Of a stretch of 64,000 nucleotides of DNA, positions 1 through 8,770 are shown in pieces. This stretch comes from an uncultured Eubacteriales bacterium. Its GTDB lineage: Bacteria > Acidobacteriota > Aminicenantia > Aminicenantales > Saccharicenantaceae. The first letter of the stretch is position 1, and every line of letters begins with the position of its first letter. The translations under genes and the position numbers were made by a program. The stretch spans positions 6,015 through 70,014 of the forward strand of contig CAYWJT010000003.1 of NCBI GenBank assembly GCA_964458655.1, given 5' to 3'. The notes under the pieces are model-generated. The model made no database searches, was not told the DNA's origin, and saw only the letters and a program-made list of their open reading frames with translations.

Positions 1-266
1 GCGATTTTCCGGCACGCTCGACATAGGCATAACTCGGCGTCTGAGCGGCTGCTTCACCGTTCTCTATGAGAGCGTTTCCACTTCTGCTTCCAGGGTCAGC
101 CTGGGCTCCATCAACCTGGGAGGCCTGCAGTTTCTGGCCGGTGTGCGGCTGACCCTGGGGAGCAATAGAGCCGTCGGCCGCTGAAACTGAGGTCGCCGCG
201 GCCTTGACGAGGAGCATCGCGATCAACTTGATCGCGCCCTGAACAGGCGCGCCGAGGAGGCATAAC

Positions 267-1634
267 ATGGGCAGCGAGAAAGAAACGAGCCGGAGCCGGA
301 GGGATTTCCTGAAGACCGGCGGGGCCGCGCTGGCGGCGGCCGCGGCCGGCGCGCTAAGGCCGCGATCGGTTTCGGCCGGTCCGTCCGCGCCAGGCGAAGC
401 CAGGTCGGCCTTCCGCACGAATCCGTTGGAAAGGGTCAGGGTGGGCTTTGTCGGCGTCGGCGGCATGGGCTCGGTCCACGTCCAGAATTTCCTGAGAATC
501 GACAGAGTCGAGGTCAGGGCCGTCTGCGACATAGTGCCGGAGAAGGTGGAACGCGTCCAGAAGTGGGTGGTCGAGGCCGGGCAGCCGAAACCCGCCGGAT
601 ACAGCGACGGCCCCTGGGATTTCAAGCGCATGTGCGAGAGGGAGGACCTCGACCTGGTCTTCACGGCCACTCCCTGGGAATGGCACGTGCCAGTCTGTGT
701 CGCGGCCATGAAGAACGGCAAGCACGCCGCGACCGAGGTGCCGGCGGCCGTTACCCTCGAGGAGTGCTGGCAGCTCGTAGAAACGGCCGAGAGCACCGGC
801 CGCCACTGCCTGATGATGGAGAACTGCTGCTACGACCGCTTCGAGCTCATGACCTTGAACATGGTCAGGCGGGGACTCCTCGGCGAAGTCCTGCACGCCG
901 AATGCGGCTACCTCCACGACCTGCGCGACGTGAAGTTCTCGAGCCAGGGCGAGGGGCTGTGGCGGCGCCAGCATTCTTGGAAAAGGAATGGCAACCTCTA
1001 TCCGACCCACGGGCTCGGCCCGGTCGCCCAGAACATGAATATAAACCGCGGCGACGCTTTCGACCTCCTGGTCTCCTTCAGCAGCCCTTCGCGCGGCCTC
1101 CAGGAATACGCCCGGGACAGGTTCGGCCCGGACTCCCCCCAGGCGAGGGAAAAGTTCGCCCTCGGCGACGTCAACACGAGCCTGATCAGGACCAAACTGG
1201 GCAAGACGAACATCGTCATCCACGACACCAACCTGCCCCGCCCGTACACCCGAATCCATCTGGTGCAGGGGACCAGGGGCATCGTCCGGAAATGGCCGCA
1301 TGAGGTCTACATCGAAGGCCGCAGCCCGCGGCACCAATGGGAGCCCTTCGAGAACTACGCGCCGGAGTTCGAGCATCCGCTCTGGAACAAGCTGGCCGTG
1401 AAAGGGGAGGGCCGCGGCCACGGCGGCATGGATTTCATCGAGGATTACAGGCTGGTCGAGTGCCTGCTCAAGGGCGAGCCTCTCGACTACGACGTTTACG
1501 ACGCGGCCGCCTGGAGCGCCGTCACGGCCCTGAGCGAGAGGAGCGTGGCTTCGGCCGGCAAGCCCCAGAAGTTCCCCGACTTCACCCGCGGGCTGTGGAA
1601 GACCAACCCGCCCCTGGGCATAATAGGCGGCTGA
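267..1634 (+). CDS. Gfo/Idh/MocA-family NAD(P)-dependent oxidoreductase with twin-arginine (Tat) signal; GH109-like candidate glycosidase
   Basis: 455-aa ORF; N-terminal SRRDFLKTGGAALAAAAAGA Tat motif; Rossmann GFVGVGGMGSVH dinucleotide motif; RBS GAGGAGG 5 nt upstream of ATG; family from recalled similarity only. Confidence 0.7.
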   Translation: MGSEKETSRSRRDFLKTGGAALAAAAAGALRPRSVSAGPSAPGEARSAFRTNPLERVRVGFVGVGGMGSVHVQNFLRIDRVEVRAVCDIVPEKVERVQKWVVEAGQPKPAGYSDGPWDFKRMCEREDLDLVFTATPWEWHVPVCVAAMKNGKHAATEVPAAVTLEECWQLVETAESTGRHCLMMENCCYDRFELMTLNMVRRGLLGEVLHAECGYLHDLRDVKFSSQGEGLWRRQHSWKRNGNLYPTHGLGPVAQNMNINRGDAFDLLVSFSSPSRGLQEYARDRFGPDSPQAREKFALGDVNTSLIRTKLGKTNIVIHDTNLPRPYTRIHLVQGTRGIVRKWPHEVYIEGRSPRHQWEPFENYAPEFEHPLWNKLAVKGEGRGHGGMDFIEDYRLVECLLKGEPLDYDVYDAAAWSAVTALSERSVASAGKPQKFPDFTRGLWKTNPPLGIIGG

Positions 1635-1783
1635 ATCGTGGCGCAAGCGAACGGGGACGGGAGGGATATGGAGCGGAGTGAACGACCTTACCGCCTTTTT
1701 CGACGTACGGCGCAAGGACTAGCCGCGTTGAACGCGGCGGAAGAGTGCGAAGGGCGCTCATAAGACAAGAAAGGAGTCCCGCC

Positions 1784-2284
1784 ATGAGCTTGATCAGGTG
1801 CCCTGAATGCAGCAGGGAAGTGAGCGATAAAGCCTATTCCTGCCCTGGTTGCGGCCACCCGCTGCGAGAGCCCGGGCCGCCGGCAGGCTGGCCCCCGGGA
1901 CAGGTCTGGAACTACGAATACAAGTCCCAGAAGAAGATCTTCGGCCTGCCGCTTGTCCATGTCGTCTACGGGCCGGCCTGGGGCAGGGGGCTGAAACCGG
2001 CCAAAGGTTTCATAGCCATTGGCAACATAGCCATCGGTGTCGTGTCCGTGGGCGGACTTTCGGCCGGCGTTTTCTGTCTCGGCGGCATCGGGTTCGGGCT
2101 GGTCACCGTCGCCGGGCTGGCGTTCGGGCTCGGACTGGCCGTCGGGGGAGTGGCTGTCGGCTACCTGGCCGTGGGCGGAATGGCGGTGGGGATATATGCT
2201 CTTGGCGGCTTGGCCCTAGGCGAGCACACTATCTACAACGACCCCAATTTCATCGACAGCCTGAGGCGCATTTTCCGGTTCTGA
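1784..2284 (+). CDS. Zinc-ribbon protein with C-terminal Gly-zipper decapeptide-repeat hydrophobic region (unknown function)
   Basis: ATG at 1784 preceded by AAGGAG RBS (ORF-track start 1745 lacks RBS); CPECS...CPGCGH double CxxC at N-terminus; ~60 aa of GGxAVGxxAx repeats. Confidence 0.55.
   Translation: MSLIRCPECSREVSDKAYSCPGCGHPLREPGPPAGWPPGQVWNYEYKSQKKIFGLPLVHVVYGPAWGRGLKPAKGFIAIGNIAIGVVSVGGLSAGVFCLGGIGFGLVTVAGLAFGLGLAVGGVAVGYLAVGGMAVGIYALGGLALGEHTIYNDPNFIDSLRRIFRF
2035..2220 (+). repeat. Degenerate ~30-nt tandem periodicity inside the CDS encoding six Gly-zipper decapeptide repeats
   Basis: Protein repeats GLSAGVFCLG/GIGFGLVTVA/GLAFGLGLAV/GGVAVGYLAV/GGMAVGIYAL/GGLALG correspond to imperfect DNA repeats gtcgccgggctggcgttcgggctc..., gtcgggggagtggctgtcggctac..., gtgggcggaatggcggtgggg... 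Confidence 0.4.
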
Positions 2285-2324
2285 GGCCGGTCAAACCGTC
2301 CCGTCTCCCATGTAATATCTCCTC

Positions 2325-2352
2325 TTGACATCGCCGCCGAAACGGCTATTAT
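2325..2352 (+). promoter_or_regulatory. Sigma70-like promoter (TTGACA-N16-TATTAT) for tetR-efflux operon; predicted leaderless or very short leader
   Basis: TTGACA at 2325-2330, TATTAT at 2347-2352, ATG of TetR at 2359; AT-rich island in GC-rich DNA. Confidence 0.35.
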
Positions 2353-2358
2353 AAAACT

Positions 2359-3138
2359 ATGGAAACCAAAAGAGTTTTCAGAGTTTCCAGAAGCAAGAGC
2401 GTGTCCGGGCGGGATCGAAGGGACCCCGTCCGAGGCCGTCTCGCGCCAGCGAGGCGGCGTCCTGAAGCCCGGCCGCCCGGGGCCGGCCGAAAGGCCGCTC
2501 CTGACGACGGCCTCAAGGCCCGCATCGTCGCGGCCGCCCGGAGGCTATTCCTTTCTTCCGGCTTCGTCCGCGTCACCGCCGACGACATCGCCCGCGAGCT
2601 CGGCATCAGCAAGGCGACGCTCTACAGGGTCTTCCCGGGCAAGGAAGCCGTCCTGCAGGCCGTAGCCCGGGACCTGATGAACGATATCCTGCAGGCGGCC
2701 GAGAAGGCTTTCTTCGACGACCGCTTGAGCTTCCTAGAGAGGGCGGCCGCTTTCACGGGCGCGGTCGGGGAGCGTTTCGCGGCCATCAGCCCCCTCTTCC
2801 TCGACGATGTCCGGAGGTCGGCGCCCAATGTCTGGCGGGAGATCGAGGCCTTCAGGCGCGAGAAGATCCTCAAGAACTTCAACCTTCTCATGGACTGCGG
2901 CCGGCGCGAAGGATTCGTGCGCGACGACATAGACCCGGAGCTGAGTCTGAGGATGTTCCTGTCGCTGGTGCAGGGTTTCGTCACGCCGGAGGCCATCTTG
3001 AGCTCCGGGAAACGGCCGGCCGAGGTCCTGGAAACGCTCCTCGAGATATTCTTCCGGGGCATGCTGACGGAAATGGGCAGGAGCGGTCTTCCGGCCGGAC
3101 TGCTCTCGTCGGCCCGGCCCGCCAAGGAGGCCGAATGA
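2359..3138 (+). CDS. TetR/AcrR-family transcriptional regulator with unusual Arg-rich N-terminal extension
   Basis: HTH region RRLFLSSGFVRVTADDIARELGISKATLYRVFPGKEAVL; stop overlaps next start (ATGA). Confidence 0.8.
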   Translation: METKRVFRVSRSKSVSGRDRRDPVRGRLAPARRRPEARPPGAGRKAAPDDGLKARIVAAARRLFLSSGFVRVTADDIARELGISKATLYRVFPGKEAVLQAVARDLMNDILQAAEKAFFDDRLSFLERAAAFTGAVGERFAAISPLFLDDVRRSAPNVWREIEAFRREKILKNFNLLMDCGRREGFVRDDIDPELSLRMFLSLVQGFVTPEAILSSGKRPAEVLETLLEIFFRGMLTEMGRSGLPAGLLSSARPAKEAE

Positions 3139-4136
3139 GAAAACGGCGCATCATTTGTTTCTTCGCGGTTCTGGCATTGACCGCCGCCTGTTCTGAGCGG
3201 CCTGCGGTTTCCGCGATAAGCGCCTCCGGGACCGTCGAGGCGCCGGAGGTCAACGTTGCGGCCAGGGTGCCGGGCCAGATAACCGAGCTCGCTGTCGAGG
3301 AAGGACGGCGTGTCGCCGCCGGCGACGTCCTGGCCAGGCTCGACACATCTTCATATGAGATCCAGCTCCGCCAGGCGGAAGCCGGCGTCGCGTTGGCCCG
3401 GGCCCAGCTCGAGATTCTCGTCAGGGGCGCGCGCGACGAGGACATCCGGCAGGCGGAGGAGCAGCTCAAGCAGGTGGAGACGTCGCTCAAGGTGGCCGAG
3501 GACGATTTCCGGCGCATGAGCACGCTCGAGCGGGCTGGCGGCGTCTCTTCGAAACAGCGCGAGGACGCCGAGGCCCGCTACAACGTCCTTTCAGCCCAAA
3601 AGAAGGCGGCTTCGGAAGCGCTGGCCAAGCTCCGGCGCCTGGCCCGGCCGGAGGAAATCAGGGCGGCCGAGGCCCGGCTCAGGCAGGCCGAGGCGGCGGC
3701 CGACCTGCTGCGGAAGACGATCGCGGACTGCACCATCGTCTCCCCGGTCTCGGGCCTGGTCACGCGCAAGCCGGTCGAAGCCGGCGAATACGTAATGACC
3801 GGCTCCACGGTGGTTTCCGTCGCGGCGCTCGACCCGGTCTATGTGATGCTCTACATAAACGAGAAGGAGGTCGGCCGCGTCCGGCTGGGCGACCCGGTCG
3901 AAGTGAGCGTCGATTCCTTCTCCGGCCGCCTTTTTACAGGACGAGTGGCCTACATATCGCCCGAGGCGGAGTTCACGCCCAAGAACGTCCAGACCAAGGA
4001 GGACCGGGTCAAGCTCGTGTTCGGCGTCAAGGTCGTGATCCCCAACCCGGAAGGATTGCTTAAGCCTGGGCTGCCCGCCGACGCCGTCATCAAGACCGGC
4101 GCGGCCGAAGAGAAGCCGGGCGCGTCCCGGTCGTAG
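3135..4136 (+). CDS. HlyD-family periplasmic adaptor / membrane fusion protein (YbhG-like), probable lipoprotein
   Basis: N-terminal hydrophobic leader ending LTAAC; long coiled-coil (Ala/Arg/Glu/Gln-rich) then beta-barrel-like C-terminus typical of HlyD/MFP. Confidence 0.8.
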   Translation: MRKRRIICFFAVLALTAACSERPAVSAISASGTVEAPEVNVAARVPGQITELAVEEGRRVAAGDVLARLDTSSYEIQLRQAEAGVALARAQLEILVRGARDEDIRQAEEQLKQVETSLKVAEDDFRRMSTLERAGGVSSKQREDAEARYNVLSAQKKAASEALAKLRRLARPEEIRAAEARLRQAEAAADLLRKTIADCTIVSPVSGLVTRKPVEAGEYVMTGSTVVSVAALDPVYVMLYINEKEVGRVRLGDPVEVSVDSFSGRLFTGRVAYISPEAEFTPKNVQTKEDRVKLVFGVKVVIPNPEGLLKPGLPADAVIKTGAAEEKPGASRS

Positions 4137-4249
4137 AATGCGCTCAGGTTTACAGAGCCGAAGCAGGAGCCGGGACGTTCATGAACGCGCCCGGGACATT
4201 AACGGAACGCGAACAGGGCAGGAAGACCGGAAGCGTCGCGGGAGAGGTC

Positions 4250-5227
4250 ATGGAAACTGAGAGCGACATCGCCGTAGAAGCCAAGGACCTGTCCAAGAGC
4301 TACGACGGTGTCCCGGCGCTCTCCGGGCTCAACCTGGCCGTCCGTTCCGGCGAGCTCTTCGGCCTGGTCGGCCCGGACGGCGCGGGCAAGACCACGACCA
4401 TCCGTCTTTTCTGCGGCATCCTCAAGCCGACCTCGGGAAAAGCGGTAGTCCTCGGCCGCGACACGGCCGCCGGCCTAGAAGAGGTGAAGTCCGGGATCGG
4501 CTATCTATCGCAGAGGTTCAGCCTCTACGGCGACCTGACCGTGGACGAGAACATCGAGTTCTTCGCCGGCATCCACGGCGTTTCCGGCTGTGAGCGGCGC
4601 CGCGAGGAGCTGCTCGAGTTCACGCGGCTCGCGCCCTTCCGCAAGAGGCTCGCCGACAAGCTCTCCGGCGGTATGAAGCAGAAGCTGGCCCTGGCCTGCG
4701 CCCTCATCCACACGCCCCGGCTGCTCCTTCTCGACGAACCGACGACCGGCGTCGACCCTGTCTCCAGGCGGGACTTCTGGAAAATACTGTCGGGCCTGCT
4801 GCGCTCCGGAGTGACTATCATCCTGACCACGCCTTACATGGACGAGGCCGAGCGCTGCGGCAGGGTCGGCTTCATCGCGAGCGGCCGTCTGCTGGCCGTC
4901 GACACGCCCTTCAACCTCAAGCGGCTCATGAGGGGCTACGTGCTGGAGGTCAACACCGGCGACAACAGGCGGGCCCGCGGCCTGCTGAAGGGGCTGGCCT
5001 CGGTCCGCAGCGTCCAGCTCTTCGGCGACAGGGTCAACATCGTGGCCGATGACGCCGAAGAAGCCGCGGCCGAAACGCGAAGTAGCCTGGCCGCGGCGGG
5101 CATAGACATCCTGGAGCTGAGGGCGGTGCCTCCGTCCCTGGAGAACGTCTTTATATCGGTCGCCGAATCCGACGCCGACGGCCCGTCGTATCGCGAAGCG
5201 GGCGGGTTAGGGCGTCAGGTCCGCTAA
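4250..5227 (+). CDS. ABC transporter ATP-binding protein (first of two separate ATPases)
   Basis: Walker A GPDGAGKTT, signature LSGGMKQKLALA, Walker B LLLLDEPTTGVD; start chosen at METESD (RBS GGGAGAGG); alternative start 4181. Confidence 0.8.
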   Translation: METESDIAVEAKDLSKSYDGVPALSGLNLAVRSGELFGLVGPDGAGKTTTIRLFCGILKPTSGKAVVLGRDTAAGLEEVKSGIGYLSQRFSLYGDLTVDENIEFFAGIHGVSGCERRREELLEFTRLAPFRKRLADKLSGGMKQKLALACALIHTPRLLLLDEPTTGVDPVSRRDFWKILSGLLRSGVTIILTTPYMDEAERCGRVGFIASGRLLAVDTPFNLKRLMRGYVLEVNTGDNRRARGLLKGLASVRSVQLFGDRVNIVADDAEEAAAETRSSLAAAGIDILELRAVPPSLENVFISVAESDADGPSYREAGGLGRQVR

Positions 5228-6228
5228 TGAAGTACGGGCGAGCGACAGCGAAGGCCGAGATGAACGACAACGCCATCGAAGTCCGGGACCTGACCAAGAG
5301 GTTCGGTTCTTTCACGGCCGTGGACGGGGTCTCTTTCGACGTCAGGCGCGGCGCCATCTTCGGCTTCCTGGGCGCCAACGGCGCCGGGAAGTCGACCACC
5401 ATCCGCATGCTCTGCGGCCTGCTCCGTCCGACTTCGGGCACGGCCCGGGTCGGCGGTTGGGACATCAGGCGGGAGCCGGAAAAGATAAAGCGCGCGATAG
5501 GCTACATGTCCCAGAGGTTTTCGCTCTACGAGGACCTGACGGTCGAGGAGAACATCCGCTTTTTCGGGGGCGCTTACGGCCTGACGAAAGCCCGCATAGA
5601 GAGCCGGCTGCCCTGGATCCTGGAGATGGCCGGCCTGCGGGGCCGGGAACGCGGATTGACCAGGACGCTGGCGGGGGGCTGGAAGCAGAGGCTGGCGCTC
5701 GGGTGCGCGGTCGTCCACGAGCCCGAGATCGTCTTCCTGGACGAGCCGACGGGCGGCGTCGACCCGCTTTCACGGCGGCGTTTCTGGGAGCTCATCAACA
5801 GCCTGTCTGAAAGAGGGGTCACCGTTCTAGTGACGACCCACTACCTCGACGAGGCCGAATACTGCAACGACCTGAGGCTCATCCATGCCGGCCGCATCGT
5901 GGCCGGAGGCAGTCCGGGCGAGCTGAAGACCAGGTACATGCTCAACCCGATGCTCGAAGTCGTGACCGAGCGGCCGGTCGAGGCCATGGAGGCCCTGCAG
6001 GGAGAGCCTGTGGTCCTGGGCACGTCCATCTTCGGGACGAGCCTCCATGTCAGCGTCGCCGACCGGGCCGGGGCGGAACGCCGCGTGCGCGAAGTCCTGC
6101 AAACGGCCGGCCTGACCGTGGTCAAGGTCGAGTCCATCAGGCCCACCATCGAGGACGTCTTCATCAGCAGGATAGAGGCAGAGTCGCGCGCCGACGCCGG
6201 AGCCGGTCGCCGGGGGGACGAAGGATGA
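5227..6228 (+). CDS. ABC transporter ATP-binding protein (second ATPase)
   Basis: Walker A GANGAGKST, signature LAGGWKQRLALG, Walker B VFLDEPTGGVD; ATG overlaps upstream stop (TAATG); alternative start 5260. Confidence 0.8.
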   Translation: MKYGRATAKAEMNDNAIEVRDLTKRFGSFTAVDGVSFDVRRGAIFGFLGANGAGKSTTIRMLCGLLRPTSGTARVGGWDIRREPEKIKRAIGYMSQRFSLYEDLTVEENIRFFGGAYGLTKARIESRLPWILEMAGLRGRERGLTRTLAGGWKQRLALGCAVVHEPEIVFLDEPTGGVDPLSRRRFWELINSLSERGVTVLVTTHYLDEAEYCNDLRLIHAGRIVAGGSPGELKTRYMLNPMLEVVTERPVEAMEALQGEPVVLGTSIFGTSLHVSVADRAGAERRVREVLQTAGLTVVKVESIRPTIEDVFISRIEAESRADAGAGRRGDEG

Positions 6229-7454
6229 GAGGCGTGTCCGCGGCCAGGGTCGGACCCATCGTCAGAAAGGAGTTCCGCGAGCTGCGGCGCGACCCGCGCT
6301 CCCTCGTCTTCTTGGTGGTCATGCCCGTCTTCCTGCTCGTGATGTACGGTTATGTCCTCAACTTCGATGTCCGGCACCTGCCGCTCGCGGTCGTCGACCT
6401 CGACCGCAGCCAGGCCAGCCGCGAGCTCGTGGACAGGTTCTCCGCGACCGAGTATTTCGACTTCACCGGCTACCTCGACAGACCTGGCGACATTGACTTC
6501 AGCATGAACCGCGACAGGATCAAGGCGGCGCTCGTCATACCGGCGGGCTTCGCCAACGACCTCGCCGCCGGCCGCAGCCCCGCGGTCCAGGTCATCGTCG
6601 ACGGCACCAATTCCATGACCGCCACGACGGCCATGGGCTACGCCGCCATGATCCTCCAGGACCTGTCCATCAGGCTGACGGCATCCCGGCTGAAAGACCG
6701 CGGCCTGAGGGAGGTCGGACTGCCGGTCAAGAGCGAGGTGCGGGTCTGGTTCAACCCGGAGCTGCTGAGCGCCCGCTTCCTCCTTCCCGGGCTGATGTCC
6801 TTCCTGCTCATGGTCATCGTGGTCATTTCGACCGCTTTCGCGGTCGTCCGGGAGAAGGAACGCGGCACCATGGAGCAGATACTCGTCTCGCCAGTCAGCC
6901 CCGGCGAGCTCATCGTCGGCAAGCTCATACCTTATGTCCTTATCTCACTTGTGGCCGCCCACCTGGTGCTGCTGGCCGGCTACGGCCTGTTCGACGTGTC
7001 CGTGCGCGGCAGTTACCCGCTGCTGCTTCTTTTCATGGCCGTGTTCCTGGTCTGCGGGCTGGGCCAAGGGCTGCTCATCTCGACCTTCGCGAGAACCCAG
7101 CAGGTGGCTTTCATGATGGCCGTCATCACGTCCATGCTGCCGTCCTTCATACTCACGGGCTTCATCTTTCCCATCCGAGAAATGCCCCCCGCCATCCAGG
7201 CCGTCACCTATCTCGTGCCCGGCAGGTATTTCCTGACGGCGCTCAGGAGCATCATCCTCAAAGGCACCGGCCTGGGCGTCCTCTGGCACGAGCTCGTCTC
7301 TCTTTCCGTGTTCGCCGTCCTGATAGTCGGCCTGAGCGCCTTCAGGCTCAAGCGCTCCGAATTCGGGGCGGGGGAGGGGCGGCCGCGCGGCCGGGCCCGG
7401 TTCAAAAGAAGCCGGCCGGAAGCGATGCGGATCGACGAGGCGCCGCGGACATGA
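6225..7454 (+). CDS. ABC-2 type transporter permease (YbhS/YbhR-like)
   Basis: 409 aa, multiple TM segments, conserved N-terminal KEFRELRRDPRSL motif; ATGA overlap with upstream gene. Confidence 0.8.
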   Translation: MRGVSAARVGPIVRKEFRELRRDPRSLVFLVVMPVFLLVMYGYVLNFDVRHLPLAVVDLDRSQASRELVDRFSATEYFDFTGYLDRPGDIDFSMNRDRIKAALVIPAGFANDLAAGRSPAVQVIVDGTNSMTATTAMGYAAMILQDLSIRLTASRLKDRGLREVGLPVKSEVRVWFNPELLSARFLLPGLMSFLLMVIVVISTAFAVVREKERGTMEQILVSPVSPGELIVGKLIPYVLISLVAAHLVLLAGYGLFDVSVRGSYPLLLLFMAVFLVCGLGQGLLISTFARTQQVAFMMAVITSMLPSFILTGFIFPIREMPPAIQAVTYLVPGRYFLTALRSIILKGTGLGVLWHELVSLSVFAVLIVGLSAFRLKRSEFGAGEGRPRGRARFKRSRPEAMRIDEAPRT

Positions 7455-8578
7455 GAAGGCTACTTTCGGTCATATCCAAGGAGTTCATCCAGTTACGGCG
7501 CGACCCGCGCATGATGTTCATCGTCTTCTTCGCGCCCGTAATACAATTGGTCCTGCTCGGCTACGCCGCCAACCTCGACGTCCGTCACCTGCCCCTGGCC
7601 GTCTGTGACCTCGACCGCTCGGCCCAGAGCCGGGATTACGTCCGGACCTTCATCAATTCCGGCTACTTCGAGCTCGAGGCGAGCCTCGAGCGGCTGTCCG
7701 AGGTCGACGCCTGCATCGACCGCGGCCTGGCCTCCGTGGCCCTGGTCGTCCCCCGGGGCTTCGGCGACGACATTATCGCCGGCCGCCAGGCCTCGGTCCT
7801 GATCATCTCCGATGGCTCGGAGAGCAACGCAGCCACGATCGGCATCAACGCTTCTACCACCGTCTCGCGGCGCTATTCCCAGCTCATCGTACTGGAGAGG
7901 TTGGAGCGCCTCAAGGCGGCCGGGCTGAGGCCCGTGCTCGTCAACCCGGAGCTCCGGGCCTGGTACAACCCGTCCCTGAAGAGCCGGAATTTCTTCGTTC
8001 CGGGCGTGCTGGCCCTGGTGCTGATGATGATGACCATGCTCCTGACCTCGATGGCCCTGGTCCGCGAGAAGGAGACAGGGACGCTGGAGCAGCTCATCGT
8101 GACGCCCATCAGGCCGGTCGAGCTCATCGCCGGCAAGCTCGTGCCCTTCGTCGCGGTCGGCTTCGGCGACGCCGTGCTTGTGCTGGCCGCGGCCCGCTGG
8201 CTGCTCGGCGTGCCGGTCCGCGGCAGCGTCCCGCTCCTGTTCGTCCTGGGCACGGCCTTCATCCTGACCACGCTCGGCCTGGGCCTGTTCATTTCGACCA
8301 TCTCGCGCAACCAGCAGCAGGCGATGCTGACAGCGGCCTTCCTTATCATTCCCTCGATCCTGCTGGGCGGGTTCGTCTTCCCCATCGAGAACATGCCTCG
8401 CTTTTTCCAGCTCCTGACCTACGCCGTCCCCATACGCTACTTCCTGGTCATCGTACGCGGTATCTTCCTCAAAGGGGTGGGCTGGGACGAGCTGTGGGAC
8501 GAAACGGCCGCCTTGCTCGCGGTCGGCGCGCTCATCCTGTCCTTGAGCGTCCTGCGCTTCAGGAAGCGCCTCGACTGA
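7451..8578 (+). CDS. ABC-2 type transporter permease (paralogue of previous)
   Basis: 375 aa, KEFIQLRRDPRMM motif, six predicted TM helices; ATGA overlap. Confidence 0.8.
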   Translation: MRRLLSVISKEFIQLRRDPRMMFIVFFAPVIQLVLLGYAANLDVRHLPLAVCDLDRSAQSRDYVRTFINSGYFELEASLERLSEVDACIDRGLASVALVVPRGFGDDIIAGRQASVLIISDGSESNAATIGINASTTVSRRYSQLIVLERLERLKAAGLRPVLVNPELRAWYNPSLKSRNFFVPGVLALVLMMMTMLLTSMALVREKETGTLEQLIVTPIRPVELIAGKLVPFVAVGFGDAVLVLAAARWLLGVPVRGSVPLLFVLGTAFILTTLGLGLFISTISRNQQQAMLTAAFLIIPSILLGGFVFPIENMPRFFQLLTYAVPIRYFLVIVRGIFLKGVGWDELWDETAALLAVGALILSLSVLRFRKRLD

Positions 8579-8770
8579 ACCTGGGGGGCGCGCCGGCCCG
8601 GTCGTGCCGGACGAAGCTTGGCGTTAGTTCTGCTACCGGCAGCCTCTCTGCTTGCGGCCCGACGCAAAAGTGCGCAACAGCGCGCATTGCTCAGGCGCGT
8701 TGGACGTGACCGCCCGGCCCAACCGGCGGGGCAGGGCCCGAGTCGCCGTCCGCTGCCGCCCGGCCGGGCC

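Noticed and set aside
1-266. Possible partial genes at the left edge: minus-strand ATG at 217 (MLLVKAAATSVSAADG..., runs off the edge) or a plus-strand frame ending at 183
   Set aside because: No RBS for the minus-strand start. GC3 in both frames is well below that of confident genes here. Too little sequence to decide.
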